In this document: one piece after another, positions 1-10,286 of the stretch | How positions within the stretch are numbered: the stretch's first letter is position 1 | Layout of the letters: every line of letters begins with the position of its first letter | Source of the DNA: an uncultured Acidobacteriota bacterium | Lineage (GTDB): Bacteria; Acidobacteriota; Terriglobia; UBA7540 | DNA: 64,000 nucleotides | Assembly: GCA_963804995.1 (NCBI GenBank) | Contig: CAWDSK010000003.1 | Location: 1,536,001-1,600,000 of the forward strand | Reading direction: 5' to 3' | The notes under the pieces: generated by a model | What the model saw: only the letters and a program-made list of their open reading frames with translations | Told to the model about the DNA's origin: nothing | The model's database searches: none | Translations under genes and position numbers: made by a program

Positions 1-1152
1 GGGTGCCTGCTGGGCGGGCCGTGCAATTTCATACCGGGGAGCGGCCAAATCATCCAGAATGCCCTGTCGGGAATCGTCGGCTCGATTTACCCCACCATGA
101 GTCCTTTCCAGCTTAATTTCCGCAACGCCTTCATCCAGGAGTGGACCTTCGACATGCAGCAACAGGTCGGGCAAGCATGGCTCTTCGACGTGGGCTATGT
201 CGGAACGCGGGGGCTGCACCTCGTCCAGGAAACCGATCCCAATCAGGCCATGAATCTTTCCACAGTTCCTTCGGCCGCCATTCCGGCGACGCTCGCGGCC
301 TGTGAAAGCGTGAATGGCTGCCCGCGACCTTATCCCTATCTCTCCAGTTTCGGGTACACGCAATCCGCGGGCAGTTCCATTTACCACTCCTTCCAAGCCA
401 AGGTTGAGCGGCGCATGTCCAAGGGCCTGTCGGTCCTGGCCGCTTACACCTATTCAAAGTCCATCGACACCACCTCCGGACCCTTCAGCGATACGCGCAA
501 TGCGAACTTCCCCCAGAACTCTTACGATGTGGCGGCGGAAAAGGCGGTGTCGGATTTCAACACTCCGCACCGACTGTCCCTCGCTTATATGTGGGCCATG
601 CCCTTCGGTTCGACCGTGGCAAAGCTCGATAACCGTAACCTGAATCACTTGATTGCAGGCTGGCAAGTGGGAAGCGTCCTCACCGTTCAGTCAGGTGCGC
701 CGTTTACCCCCTTCGTGAGCGGAGGGATCAGCGGCGCCGATGAAGTGCAGATCACCGGGACGGGAAACGATACGGACCGCCCGAACGTCGCCAGCACCTC
801 CTTCTACCCCACGAAACAAACCCCCCAGCAGTGGGTGAATGCCTCGGCCTTCAGCGCTCCCAGCCCCTTCACCTTCGGCAACGCAGGGCGCAATATCCTG
901 CGGGGGCCGGGTTTGGGTAGCTGCGATTTCACCGTCCACCGCGACTTCCACCTGGGTGAAGCAAGCCACCTGGAGTTCCGTGCCGAGATGTTCAACATCT
1001 TCAACCGGGCTAACTTTGATATTCCGCAACGCAACCTGGCAGCCCCAAGCTTCGGCCAGATATTCAACACCGTGCAACCCGTGGCGGGCCTGGCCTCCGG
1101 CGGACCCGGCGAGCCGCGCGAGATTCAGTTAGGCATGCGGTTGGTGTGGTAG
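1..1152 (+). CDS. TonB-dependent receptor, Acidobacteria type; C-terminal part, 5' end outside window
   Basis: Frame is open from base 1. Motifs YHSFQAKVERR, GWQVGSVLTVQSGAPFT, FGNAGRNILRGPG, FRAEMFNIFNRANF and terminal REIQLGMRLVW are typical of this beta-barrel family. Confidence 0.88.
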   Translation, partial: GCLLGGPCNFIPGSGQIIQNALSGIVGSIYPTMSPFQLNFRNAFIQEWTFDMQQQVGQAWLFDVGYVGTRGLHLVQETDPNQAMNLSTVPSAAIPATLAACESVNGCPRPYPYLSSFGYTQSAGSSIYHSFQAKVERRMSKGLSVLAAYTYSKSIDTTSGPFSDTRNANFPQNSYDVAAEKAVSDFNTPHRLSLAYMWAMPFGSTVAKLDNRNLNHLIAGWQVGSVLTVQSGAPFTPFVSGGISGADEVQITGTGNDTDRPNVASTSFYPTKQTPQQWVNASAFSAPSPFTFGNAGRNILRGPGLGSCDFTVHRDFHLGEASHLEFRAEMFNIFNRANFDIPQRNLAAPSFGQIFNTVQPVAGLASGGPGEPREIQLGMRLVW

Positions 1153-1248
1153 GTAGCGCCGGCGGCATTCATCCCGGTCTGATCGGGACGCCGCTCATGT
1201 GTAGAGGCGGCTTGACGCCGCCATATGGCGAGGTGAACTCGCCGCTAC
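1153..1248. repeat. GTAG-type REP family A (TGGCGAGGTRAACTCGCCGCTAC), copy 1
   Basis: Palindromic unit repeated at 3028-3094, 47317-47375 (inverted) and 61541-61590. Confidence 0.85.
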
Positions 1249-1332
1249 GGTACGGGCGCGCCACCTGTCCCGATGGTTTTGATAGGGATGGCGTGCGCCT
1301 TGCCGACTACGGTTAGCCGCTGGACAATGGAA

Positions 1333-1406
1333 CCCCCTCACCCGTCCCGCCCCGGCTGATGAGAACGCCGGCGGCGGTCCACCCTCTCCCCCAAAGGGGC
1401 GAGGGT
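1333..1406 (+). repeat. CCCCTCACCCGTCCC...CCCTCTCCC hairpin repeat family C, copy 1
   Basis: Closely similar ~70-bp copies at 21946-22014, 23908-23975 (inverted) and 48134-48202. Confidence 0.88.
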
Positions 1407-1594
1407 TATGGGTTCGAATCACGCCACCTCTCTCCCGTGCGTAAATTCAAATTGACTCTCCCCTCGGTCGCCGCGGCGACAGAGGGGCTGGGGGGTGAGG
1501 GGGTTCTGGGCTCTAGTCACCACCTGCAAAGGTTTTTACTTTTGACCTTTGCCCTTTGCCTTTTGGTTTTCTTTTGCGGCTCGGCCGCATCCGG

Positions 1595-2822
1595 TTACTT
1601 ACTCGTCCCTGTATCGCTCTCCATCACCGCCGCGGCCAAGGCGCGGACCAGCTCAGCCCCGAATTCCTTGCGGTCCTCCACGGTGGGGACGCGCCCCAGC
1701 TTCGAGTTGAATTCGATCATCTGCTCCATCAGCATGGCCGGCAGTTGGCGATCGTGAAATAGCCCCTGGTCGACGGTCATGCGGCCCGGCTTGCCCGGCG
1801 TGGTGGTTGCCCCCATATCGCGCAGCGGCGACGTGGGATGGAAGGTGGTGGTTTCGGCCAATGCCTCGAAGACACGCTCGCCGAGCGCTTTGAATGGCGC
1901 GGGCGCTTCCAGGTACTCGGTGGTTTCCGTGTTGTGCAGCGAAAGGAACAGATCGAGGCGATGTCCGGAATCCACCCAGTCAAGAATGGCCCGCCGCTGC
2001 GCCGCGATTTCAGGCATCTTCTGGGGGTCGACCGTGTCCCAGTTGCGGTTGAGGTCGTAACCGTTCCGGTTGTAGCGGACGCCCCCGTCCGCCACGCCGT
2101 CCGGATCGGCCAGGGGAAAGATCTTGTAGATCACCTGGTCGCGCATGCGCGCCGCCCGCTCATCCTTCGAGAGCAGGAAGCGCACGGCCCCCTCGCCCGC
2201 CCAGGAGGAACCGGTCTCCCACGCGTGCTGGCGGAACATGAGCCAGATGACCCGCTTCTGCGCCTCGGGGATTTGGGGGTTGGTAATGGTCAGCAGCGGC
2301 ATTTCCCTGCCCTCCACGGTGCGACCCACGGACTCTACTTTGAGGTACGGGCTCTTCTGAAAGCCAGCGAGCAGAGCCTCCAAATGCCGGTTGGTATAGG
2401 GCGCTACGTGCGCGATCCACAGGTGGTCGCGCTCCGGCGTGAAGTGCAAAGTCAGGTGCGGTTCCCGTTCGTCCCAAGAAACCTCATCATTCGTAAAGTT
2501 CTTCCAGTTTGTCCCGTCATAGCTATACACCGGCCGAATGCCCGGGTCGAGTGAGTATTCGGGGCCATGGTAGTTGTACTCGCCGGCCAAGTCGACAAAG
2601 TCGAGCGTGATCGGCTGGCGCGGAAGGTTGAGTAAGCTCGAAGTAATACCAGTCACCTTGGCGGTTGCGATGGTCCTGGTCGGATTGGCCCTGGACAGCG
2701 CAGCGCAGGTGCGTGGGGGATACCTGCTCCACCTTTCCGAGCGAGCCCCCTTCAAAGTTGGTCAAAACGCCAATCCCCGAGGGTGGCAAAAGTAAGGCAA
2801 GTAGCAAGCCCAGCATGGTCAT
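1595..2822 (-). CDS. Secreted M14-family zinc carboxypeptidase (cytosolic-CP-like N domain); 1-bp frameshift near 2630
   Basis: Signal peptide plus NFEGGSLG...WYYFEL in one frame, joined to RQHAWETG, NRNGYDLNRNW and SLHN in a second frame; GGAGG RBS upstream of ATG 2822. Confidence 0.8.
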
Positions 2823-2937
2823 CTCGAATCTCCCTCCTACTCGCGGCATTATAGCGTGACGAGTGCTTCCTGACCCGGGGAAGCTCTGTGTCGGTTTGTG
2901 TTGAGGCGGATCAGCGCCACCCCTTTGTCTTGTCAGC

Positions 2938-2968
2938 ACCACCCCGGCGCTCCGAGCGCCGGGGTGGT
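2938..2968. repeat. Perfect 15-bp inverted repeat between divergent genes
   Basis: ACCACCCCGGCGCTC-C-GAGCGCCGGGGTGGT. Confidence 0.7.
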
Positions 2969-3027
2969 TACGCGAGCGCCGGAGGCGATGGAGTAGTTAT
3001 CCTCTCTGCCGGTGGTGGAGTTTGGTA

Positions 3028-3119
3028 TAGAGGCGGCGGCATTCATCCCGATCTTATCGGGACGCCGCCAATGGCGAGGTAAACTCGCCGCTACGTAAGG
3101 GGGTGGCGAGGTAAACTCA
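3028..3119. repeat. REP family A copy 2 plus a partial extra arm
   Basis: GGCGGCATTCATCCCG...TCGGGACGCCGCC-AATGGCGAGGTAAACTCGCCGCTAC matches 1153-1248. Confidence 0.85.
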
Positions 3120-3299
3120 CATTAAAAATGACGCACCGTGAAGCTTTGCCTTGTGACATAACCCCTTGGAGTAGTATGCTATCGAGTCCTAGGTACCTCG
3201 CCCTAGCTCGCCGCTTTCTCTCGGAAAGCTCGCGGTTGTTTTATTGCCCTCGCACCGTCCACGACCCCTGGTTTCAATTCGATTTCGAGGGAGTTCTAC

Positions 3300-4313
3300 G
3301 TGAAAGCTATTCCGTTCAAGCGCGCCGCCCGCATGATTGCCCGGGGCACTTGGAGTTTTTGCACCAACCGACCGCTGGTGGTTTCCTTTGAGCTGACCCA
3401 TTCCTGCACAGCGGATTGCCAGCACTGCGACAAAGGTGGAATCAAGCCGGAGCCGTCGAGCCTGTTGCACGCCCCGGATTACGGCAGGCTGCGCGCCCAA
3501 CTGAAGCCCATGGCCGTCCAGTTGTCAGGCGGGGAGCCGTTGTTGCGCAGAGACCTGGAAGACATTGTGCGCGCCGTGAAGGAACCGAGCGGCCTCCCCT
3601 ACCTCATCCTGGTCACCAATGGCCGGCTCTTCACCGAGGAAAAGTACCTGGCGTTGCGGGCGCTCGGTGTGAACCAGTTTTCCATCTCCCTCGATTTCCC
3701 GGACGCGCGCCACGACTCCTTCCGCCGCTCCCCGGGCCTCTATGATCACTTGGCGGAACTCGTGCCCAAGCTCGCGGCGCACGGCTTCGACAACGTGGCC
3801 CTGAACACCGCCATCACGCGGGACAACCTGGGCTCCCTGACCGAGAGCTATCATCGCGCCAAGCAGTGGGGCGTGAGCATTTCCTACAGTGCGTACACGC
3901 CGCTGCGCACCCACAGCATGGACCACTACATCCGCTCGGCGGCGGATCTTCAAATCCTGCGCAGCACCCTCGATGAACTGCTGTCCCTCAAAGCGCAGAA
4001 CGGCCGCATCGCGAACTCCCCCTGGACGCTTTCGGGTATCCATGACTACTTCCTGGAAGGAACTATCCCCGGCTGCAAGGCCGGCCGCCGCTTTATGGTG
4101 GTGACGCCCTGGGGTGGCCTGCGCCCCTGCTCGATGTACGACGAAACTTACACGTCCCAGAAGGAAATCCTCAAGCAGTGGGTGCCCAAAAACCAATGCG
4201 GGGGTTGCTACGTTTCCATCCGCTCCTACCTCGACGCTTCTTTCTGGACATTGCTCAAGGATAATCTCTCCACCCGCGTCTTCGCCCGCCACGCCCGCGC
4301 CAAACAGTGCTGA
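3300..4313 (+). CDS. Radical SAM protein with C-terminal SPASM/twitch-like cysteines
   Basis: CTADCQHC (CxxxCxxC), SGGEPLL, CKAG...PC...CGGC; GTG start with GAGGGAG RBS. Confidence 0.88.
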   Translation: MKAIPFKRAARMIARGTWSFCTNRPLVVSFELTHSCTADCQHCDKGGIKPEPSSLLHAPDYGRLRAQLKPMAVQLSGGEPLLRRDLEDIVRAVKEPSGLPYLILVTNGRLFTEEKYLALRALGVNQFSISLDFPDARHDSFRRSPGLYDHLAELVPKLAAHGFDNVALNTAITRDNLGSLTESYHRAKQWGVSISYSAYTPLRTHSMDHYIRSAADLQILRSTLDELLSLKAQNGRIANSPWTLSGIHDYFLEGTIPGCKAGRRFMVVTPWGGLRPCSMYDETYTSQKEILKQWVPKNQCGGCYVSIRSYLDASFWTLLKDNLSTRVFARHARAKQC

Positions 4314-4628
4314 TTACGGTTTGATAGGTTTCCCCTCACGGAAAATTAGTTCTACCACCACTTCACCGCGCTCGTTCCATTCCACCCAATTTCCTTCGCG
4401 CAAATCCCTGACGTATTCTCCCTCGGATTTCTTCTGGCCGTTCGGGTGCCAGTAGGTCCACCGTCCCGTCAATTGACCTTTTGAGAAGTCACCTTCCCCT
4501 TTGATGTTTCCCTTCGCATCATAGACCGGCCATTTTCCCTTTTTGGGCGCGAGGCGCGGCAGACGGCGAACCACTTCCACCCAAACACCGGAGATCACCA
4601 ACCTCTCCTGGTCCGAGTCAGCTCCCAT
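4314..4628 (-). CDS. MORN-variant repeat (YwqK-like) protein; start uncertain
   Basis: GRWTYWHPNGQKKSEGEY...GNWVEWNERG repeats. The longer ORF start (4796) overlaps the next gene, so the internal ATG was chosen. Confidence 0.6.
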   Translation of the reverse strand: MGADSDQERLVISGVWVEVVRRLPRLAPKKGKWPVYDAKGNIKGEGDFSKGQLTGRWTYWHPNGQKKSEGEYVRDLREGNWVEWNERGEVVVELIFREGKPIKP

Positions 4629-4691
4629 TCGGAACAGGGTCAGGTTGTCGCGCCCGGCGGCGTCTGGAACTTTTGTTATAAACTCTCGTTT

Positions 4692-5504
4692 GTGGAAACT
4701 ACGGAACCAACCGAGTCCCCCGTACTGGTGGCTCTGCTCGGGGCCAGTAATCTCTGGATGGGCCTTCCCTCCGCCGTCCGGCAGCTCCTCAGACACGTGG
4801 GTTCAAGACCTCTCAAGCTCTTCGTGGCGGACGGATTTGGCCGGTCTTACGGAATGGAGGCGGGGTGCTTGGGCTTGCGTTTTCCGGGTGTGGTGCACTG
4901 TGGACTTTTCAGTGCCTTGGAGGAAGCGAAGAGAAGCACACGCTCCGCCGATGTATTGGCGCTGCTCACCGACCTCGGCAATGACCTTATCTACGGCGCG
5001 GGCGTGGCCACTCTTTCTCAGTGGATTCGAGAGTGTGTCGCTCGCTTGCGCAATCTCGGTGCAACTGCGGCAATCACGGCCTTGCCCATCGCCGGGATCA
5101 CTACCCTGCCCTCCTGGCGATATCAAATCCTGCGGCCCATATTATATCCGCGTCACACGGTTGTTCAGAACGATCTGAACCGTTCGATCCTGGCCCTACA
5201 GAAGGCACTCGAGGCGATCGAGACTGAGCAGCAAATCATCCTTCTCCCCACTGAGCCCGAATGGTACACCTTCGATCGTTTCCATCTCCGTCCACGCGCC
5301 TTAGACCAAGCTATGGGGATGTGGATCGATGCCCTGACGCAATCCCACTTTGGAGCCGCGACTGGCCAAGGAATCGCCCCCACTGTGTCAGCGCTCTCCC
5401 TCTACCTGCGCCGCCCGGCGGAATACACTTTCTTAGGCCGGGGTCACATAAGTCCAACCTCCGAGAGAAAGCTTTCTCCTGACGCCGTGGTGTTGTTCTA
5501 CTGA
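4692..5504 (+). CDS. SGNH/GDSL-hydrolase-like hypothetical protein
   Basis: LLGASNL (block I-like), DLGNDL (block III) and DRFH (DxxH) motifs. Confidence 0.6.
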   Translation: METTEPTESPVLVALLGASNLWMGLPSAVRQLLRHVGSRPLKLFVADGFGRSYGMEAGCLGLRFPGVVHCGLFSALEEAKRSTRSADVLALLTDLGNDLIYGAGVATLSQWIRECVARLRNLGATAAITALPIAGITTLPSWRYQILRPILYPRHTVVQNDLNRSILALQKALEAIETEQQIILLPTEPEWYTFDRFHLRPRALDQAMGMWIDALTQSHFGAATGQGIAPTVSALSLYLRRPAEYTFLGRGHISPTSERKLSPDAVVLFY

Positions 5505-5516
5505 GGCGGACATCAC

Positions 5517-5572
5517 GTCGGGGCACCCCTCGTGTGTGCCCTCCACAAGGGCACCCCACGAGGGCCCCTACG
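5517..5572. repeat. GTAGGGGCA-type REP-like palindrome between convergent genes
   Basis: GGGCAC...GTGCCC...GGGCACCCCACGAGGGCCCCTACG; related remnants near 8842-8858 and 46179-46311. Confidence 0.6.
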
Positions 5573-5618
5573 ATACGCGTTGGTTGCGGCCACCCAACCG
5601 CTGAATCTCCATCCCAGC

Positions 5619-6959
5619 TCACACAAATTGGTACTGGCCGGGAACGGGAACCGGAGGTACCTCCATCGCAAGTTTGTAATCGAACGCTTTGGGTTGGAGA
5701 TCCTGCTGCGAAGCCATGGCCTGCTCCCAGGTAATCTCCAGGCCGGAGTAAGCCGACTCGCGCGCCATGATGCAGGTCAGCGTGCTCTCCGCCACTTCCA
5801 CGCCGTCGTTCGCGTAGGGGCCATCGCCGCGAATGCTCGCCACCAGTCGCACATGTTCCTGAACGTAAGGGTCCATACCGGGCGAGCCCATATCGATACC
5901 GTCGCTGTGCCCTTTCGAGCCCGCCACGGTGTTCCACACCTTGCGATATCCGCCCTTGGGATACTGCCGGCAGGTGCTATAGAGGTGCACGCCATTCGGA
6001 TACACATAGTCGGCGGTCAGGTGATCGTAAATGTTCCCGTAGAGCTCTTCGTGGGGACGCCAGGCGACGCCGCCCGAGGCCACCACGCTCACCGGGTGCG
6101 CGCCCATCACCCAATTGCAGAAGTCAATGGTGTGGATGTGCTGCTCCACCATCTGGTCGCCGCAGATCCATACGAACGAGTACCAGTTGCGGTGCTGCCA
6201 CTCCATGTCTCCCCAACTGGGGTCGCGATGGTCGACATGCATGACCGGCCCGCTGAGGTAGCTGGCGCTGAGTGCGGTGACCTCGCCGATGGCGCCGTCG
6301 TGGATCTTCGCGACGGTTTCGATGTATTCCTTTTGGGCGCGGCGCTGCGTGCCCCCCACAACCACCAATTTCTGGTCCCGTGCCTTTTGGACGGAGGCAA
6401 GGAAGCGGCGTGTGCCCACGGCATCGGTGGCGATGGGTTTCTCCGTGAAGATGTGTTTCCCGGCGTTGACCGCGGCCTCAAACTGCGCGGGTCGATGGCC
6501 GGGCGGCGTGCACAGCAACACGAAGTCAACGTCCGCGGCAATGACCTTGCGGTAGGCGTCAAATCCCACGAAGCAATGTTCGGGATCGACCTTGACGCGC
6601 TTCTGAATCGACTCCACCAATTCCGGGAGTGGCTTGCCGGTGAATTCCGCGGCCCGCTTGGGGCTCGACCCCGCCAGGAACTTGGGATCGCGCAGCTTGG
6701 CGAGAGAGCCCTGCAGCTTGTCGTCAAAGATGTCTCCCATGGCGACCAGCTCGACGTGCGGATCAGCACTCAGCAGATCGGCCGCAGCTCCCGTGCCGCG
6801 CCCGCCACAGCCGACCAGACCGGCCCGCAGCTTCTCCTTTCCCGCTCCCCGGACCAGTTCAGGTCGCAGGATCGTGAATGCTGAAGCCGCCGCTCCGGCC
6901 GCCAACGACTTGCTGAGGAATGACCGACGATCGATGTTATGAAGTTCGTTTTGCGCCAT
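5619..6959 (-). CDS. Tat-exported Gfo/Idh/MocA oxidoreductase
   Basis: DRRSFL twin-arginine signal, GLVGCGGRG, EKP motif; GGAGAGGT RBS. Confidence 0.9.
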   Translation of the reverse strand: MAQNELHNIDRRSFLSKSLAAGAAASAFTILRPELVRGAGKEKLRAGLVGCGGRGTGAAADLLSADPHVELVAMGDIFDDKLQGSLAKLRDPKFLAGSSPKRAAEFTGKPLPELVESIQKRVKVDPEHCFVGFDAYRKVIAADVDFVLLCTPPGHRPAQFEAAVNAGKHIFTEKPIATDAVGTRRFLASVQKARDQKLVVVGGTQRRAQKEYIETVAKIHDGAIGEVTALSASYLSGPVMHVDHRDPSWGDMEWQHRNWYSFVWICGDQMVEQHIHTIDFCNWVMGAHPVSVVASGGVAWRPHEELYGNIYDHLTADYVYPNGVHLYSTCRQYPKGGYRKVWNTVAGSKGHSDGIDMGSPGMDPYVQEHVRLVASIRGDGPYANDGVEVAESTLTCIMARESAYSGLEITWEQAMASQQDLQPKAFDYKLAMEVPPVPVPGQYQFV

Positions 6960-7153
6960 GTTCACCTCTCCATGAATAGTGCTGTCTTCCAAAGTCCAGC
7001 GGTCGTACACACTGGTGCTTGGGGCCTGCGCCTCTTCCTCCGGCCTGTGATGAATAGCTGACCTTGCCTCCTGCGGACGGTAACGGTTCCTCCGGGGACG
7101 CCCAACGAAAGGGCGTTGTCGCGGGTATTATAGTCCCGCGTGTTGGAATGGCA

Positions 7154-7382
7154 AGCGGGTAGCCACGGTCACTGCTCTTGTGACCGTGGGCTTTTCCTTC
7201 GATGACGAACCAACGGTCAATACCAAAAACGAATAGGCCGTGGTCGAGTTTCAACGATTTTGCTTTGGACAAGGCAACGGTAGCGGCGTGCCCGATTCAC
7301 ATTGATTACGTGCGATTGCCATTGGGGTATCGCGCATGGGAAAAGCCCACGGTCAGAAAAACGCTGACCGTGGCTACCCGCT
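7154..7382. repeat. REPIN-like element, family D (AGCGGGTAGCCACGGTCA)
   Basis: Perfect 18-bp outer IR (7154-7171/7365-7382) and 17-bp inner IR (7181-7197/7339-7355); each arm is itself a hairpin. Confidence 0.88.
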
Positions 7383-7573
7383 GAACTTTCCTTTCGGCCA
7401 TCAACACACTTTTCAGACACTACGCCGGGCCTGCGCCTGGCCGGCGACTCCTAACCGCGCCGCGGCTGGTTGGCTCTCGGAACGGAATTCGACCCGGATC
7501 GCCGGGATCACGAATAGTGCTTGTGCAGATCGCGATCCGTGCGTAGCATGCTTGTCTCGAAGGAGGTAAGAAA

Positions 7574-8770
7574 ATGGCGCGAGACAAAGAGGTGGCATGC
7601 AACAAGACGTGGTGGAACGGGCGTGAGGCCTACTGCTTGACGAACGGGTTGGTGCAACTGGTAAGTCTGACGGGTGGGGGCCATCTGGCGGAATTTCGGT
7701 TCACGGATAAGAGTGGCCAGTCACGTATGAATCCTTTGTGGGCGCCGCCCTGGAAAACGATGGAGCCTTATCGCTATCAGGAAAAGCTGCACGGCAAGAC
7801 GTACGGTCCACGCTCGGAAGCGCAACTGCTTTCCGGCATCGCGGGGCACAATATTTGTCTTGATTATTTTGGTCCACCCTCGGAGGAGGAAGCCGCGGCG
7901 GGCATGTCGACGCACGGAGAAGCTCCCAGCGCGCGTTGGCGTAAGGAGCGCGCGCAGGTGACGGCCCGGCAGGCAGCGCTGAGGCTCGGCGTGCATTTGC
8001 CTGTGGCGGGACTGCGGTTCCGGCGCGAAATCCGCATGGCGCACGGCGAGTCCGTGGCCTACGTTCGGGAGACCGTGGTAAACGAGAACAAGCAGGACCA
8101 CCTCTTCCACTGGACGCAGCACGTGACCTTTGGCCCACCGTTTCTGGATGCGGAAGTGTGCCGCGTAGCGATTTCGGGGACCAACGGGTTGACACTTCCT
8201 GAGGGCTACGGAGGCCGCGAGTTGCTGGCCTCAGGAGAGGAATTCCGGTGGCCGCACGCGCCGGGAGCGAAGGGTGGGAAAGTGGATCTGCGGCAGCCTA
8301 TCTCTCATCAGGGTCTGGGCTTTTGCGCGGGTTTGCTTCTGGACCCGAACCGCGACATCGAGTTCGTGGCGGCGGTGAATACTGACGAAAACCTGTTGAT
8401 GGGCTACTGCTTCCGGCGCCAGGATTTTCCCTGGGCGGTGATCTGGGAGGAGAACTGCTCGCGGCAAGTGAATCCGTGGAAAGGGCGAACTCAAACACGG
8501 GGCATGGAGTTTGGCTCGACACCGCTGCCCTACCCGCGCCGGCAGGCCTTTGCCACGCCGCCGCTGTTTGGGACGCCGATGTTTTCGATTGTGTCAGCGC
8601 GCGGAAGTCTGACAGCGGAGTATGTGACTTTCCTCGCCACAGTGCCGCCTGACTTTGGAGAGGTTGAGGACGTCACGCTCGAAAAGGGTGCGATCCTCGT
8701 GCACGGGAGTCGTCAGAAGCTGCCCCTTCAAGTGCGGGCCAGAGGGTTGGCGGGACTTCTGGAAGGTTGA
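7574..8770 (+). CDS. Hypothetical protein, possibly galactose-mutarotase/aldose-epimerase-like fold
   Basis: 398 aa, AAGGAGGT RBS; THGEA, WTQHVTFG and GMEFG motifs. Confidence 0.6.
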   Translation: MARDKEVACNKTWWNGREAYCLTNGLVQLVSLTGGGHLAEFRFTDKSGQSRMNPLWAPPWKTMEPYRYQEKLHGKTYGPRSEAQLLSGIAGHNICLDYFGPPSEEEAAAGMSTHGEAPSARWRKERAQVTARQAALRLGVHLPVAGLRFRREIRMAHGESVAYVRETVVNENKQDHLFHWTQHVTFGPPFLDAEVCRVAISGTNGLTLPEGYGGRELLASGEEFRWPHAPGAKGGKVDLRQPISHQGLGFCAGLLLDPNRDIEFVAAVNTDENLLMGYCFRRQDFPWAVIWEENCSRQVNPWKGRTQTRGMEFGSTPLPYPRRQAFATPPLFGTPMFSIVSARGSLTAEYVTFLATVPPDFGEVEDVTLEKGAILVHGSRQKLPLQVRARGLAGLLEG

Positions 8771-8891
8771 TCGACGAACAACTTACTCTGTAATGCAATA
8801 GCGTAAATCCTTGTTTTCCTGGCAAACAATTTGCACATCTCGTAGGGGCACCCCTATGAGACGCGTTGATTGCGGTCCCGCCCCACCTTTG

Positions 8892-10286
8892 CTACTTCTT
8901 CAAATCCTCCGGTGCGTCGATAAGGCTGCCCAGCATTTCGTAAATACGAATCAGCGCCTGATTCACCATGCGCTCGCCGGTTCCGACGGCGATATAGGTA
9001 TCGGAGTCAGCCGCTCCGTAACCACCTTCCGAGGCGGCTTTGACGGTGGGAAGATAATCATAATAACCGTTCGCGTAGCCCACAAAGAAAGTGCGGCGCA
9101 CCGGGCAGCGGTCGCGCCAGTTGACTTGAAAATCTACAAAGGGCTCGCCGGGCATGCTCATGAAGGCGATTTTTTTGTTGAGGAGAAGCGTTGTCATCAC
9201 CAGGGTAAGCTCGCGCCGGGGGTTATCGTTGTTCAGTAGCTCGGCGTGGTCCTCATACATTCTGGGACCGTAAGTCGCCAGCATCCCCTGCCGGAATTTT
9301 TTGGCATCCCAGCGCACGGGAAACGTGAGGGAGTCCTCGGCATACTGCAAACTGGGGTCGGCAGCGGCTTCGGTTTGGATTTTGTTCGCCACGCGCGCCG
9401 CTTCCGTGCCCAACTGTTCGCCGGTCCAGTCGCGCTTCTTGACGGCGTCATTGGCACGGTGCGTATCGGCGTAATAAGGATTGATGTCGCCGTCCCCACC
9501 CTGCAAAAAGAAACACAGTGGCCGGCCGCCGGTTGCGTCGCCCACGGATTGCTCCACGGTCCGGGCCATGACGCCCACATAATCCGCCGAGTACTCGAGG
9601 TTATCCGGGCCGAACACCACGGGGTGGCACGCGTAGTTCACCAGAATGGCCAGCGGCTTGCCATCCGTCGAGTCGACGCGCAAAACCGCAACCGTGGGAT
9701 CCAGGGGCGAGGTGGGAAGCTTGTCAGGATTCTCCCAGACCATGGTAACGGTGCCATCCGGATTGACGCGCCGTCGGTTGTAGCCGATGTTGACCCTGCC
9801 GAAGCCCGTGCCCAGTTGCGCTTCCACCTCGCGCCCGCGAGCTTCGGCGACGCCCTTCGCGATCTTGTTGAGGTCAGCGGTTTCCCAGGCGGGCGTATGG
9901 CTGGAAGGATATTCATCAAGGATATTGGGCCCGGAGTGTGTATGGGAGGCGGTAATGAGCAGGAAGGAAATCCCGCTCTCCTTGGCGATTTGATCGCGCA
10001 GTCGGGCGAGAGACGCGGGGCCAAAGGTCCGGCCCAGGTTGAGCGTGACCAGCGCCATACGCTTACCTTCCACCTCGATGACCAGGATCCGCGCGTAGAG
10101 AGGATCGAGCGTGCCGGTGGAAAGCTGCATGCGATCGAAGTACCCGTACATGGGCAAACCCGGCGGCGGGGTGATATCTACTTTCGCAACACCGGCCTTC
10201 AGGCCTGCTCCGAAGGCGAGCCCCGTGAGCACGCAGAAATAAAGCGCCAACCCTAAGGCAAGTTTCCGTCCCATGAGCCACCTCAC
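8892..10286 (-). CDS. Neutral/alkaline ceramidase-family protein, secreted
   Basis: AKVDITP, DPLYARILV, ASHTHSGP, NYACHP, PGEPF, GYANGY. Confidence 0.85.
   Translation of the reverse strand: MRWLMGRKLALGLALYFCVLTGLAFGAGLKAGVAKVDITPPPGLPMYGYFDRMQLSTGTLDPLYARILVIEVEGKRMALVTLNLGRTFGPASLARLRDQIAKESGISFLLITASHTHSGPNILDEYPSSHTPAWETADLNKIAKGVAEARGREVEAQLGTGFGRVNIGYNRRRVNPDGTVTMVWENPDKLPTSPLDPTVAVLRVDSTDGKPLAILVNYACHPVVFGPDNLEYSADYVGVMARTVEQSVGDATGGRPLCFFLQGGDGDINPYYADTHRANDAVKKRDWTGEQLGTEAARVANKIQTEAAADPSLQYAEDSLTFPVRWDAKKFRQGMLATYGPRMYEDHAELLNNDNPRRELTLVMTTLLLNKKIAFMSMPGEPFVDFQVNWRDRCPVRRTFFVGYANGYYDYLPTVKAASEGGYGAADSDTYIAVGTGERMVNQALIRIYEMLGSLIDAPEDLKK

Noticed and set aside
4629..4796. Genuine head-to-head overlap of two genes
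   Set aside because: More simply explained by an over-extended start; an internal ATG at 4628 removes the overlap.
5532..6884. Long antisense ORFs (also 9246-10256, 13814-14812, 16729-17853, 30076-31068)
   Set aside because: Expected shadows of GC-rich genes on the opposite strand.
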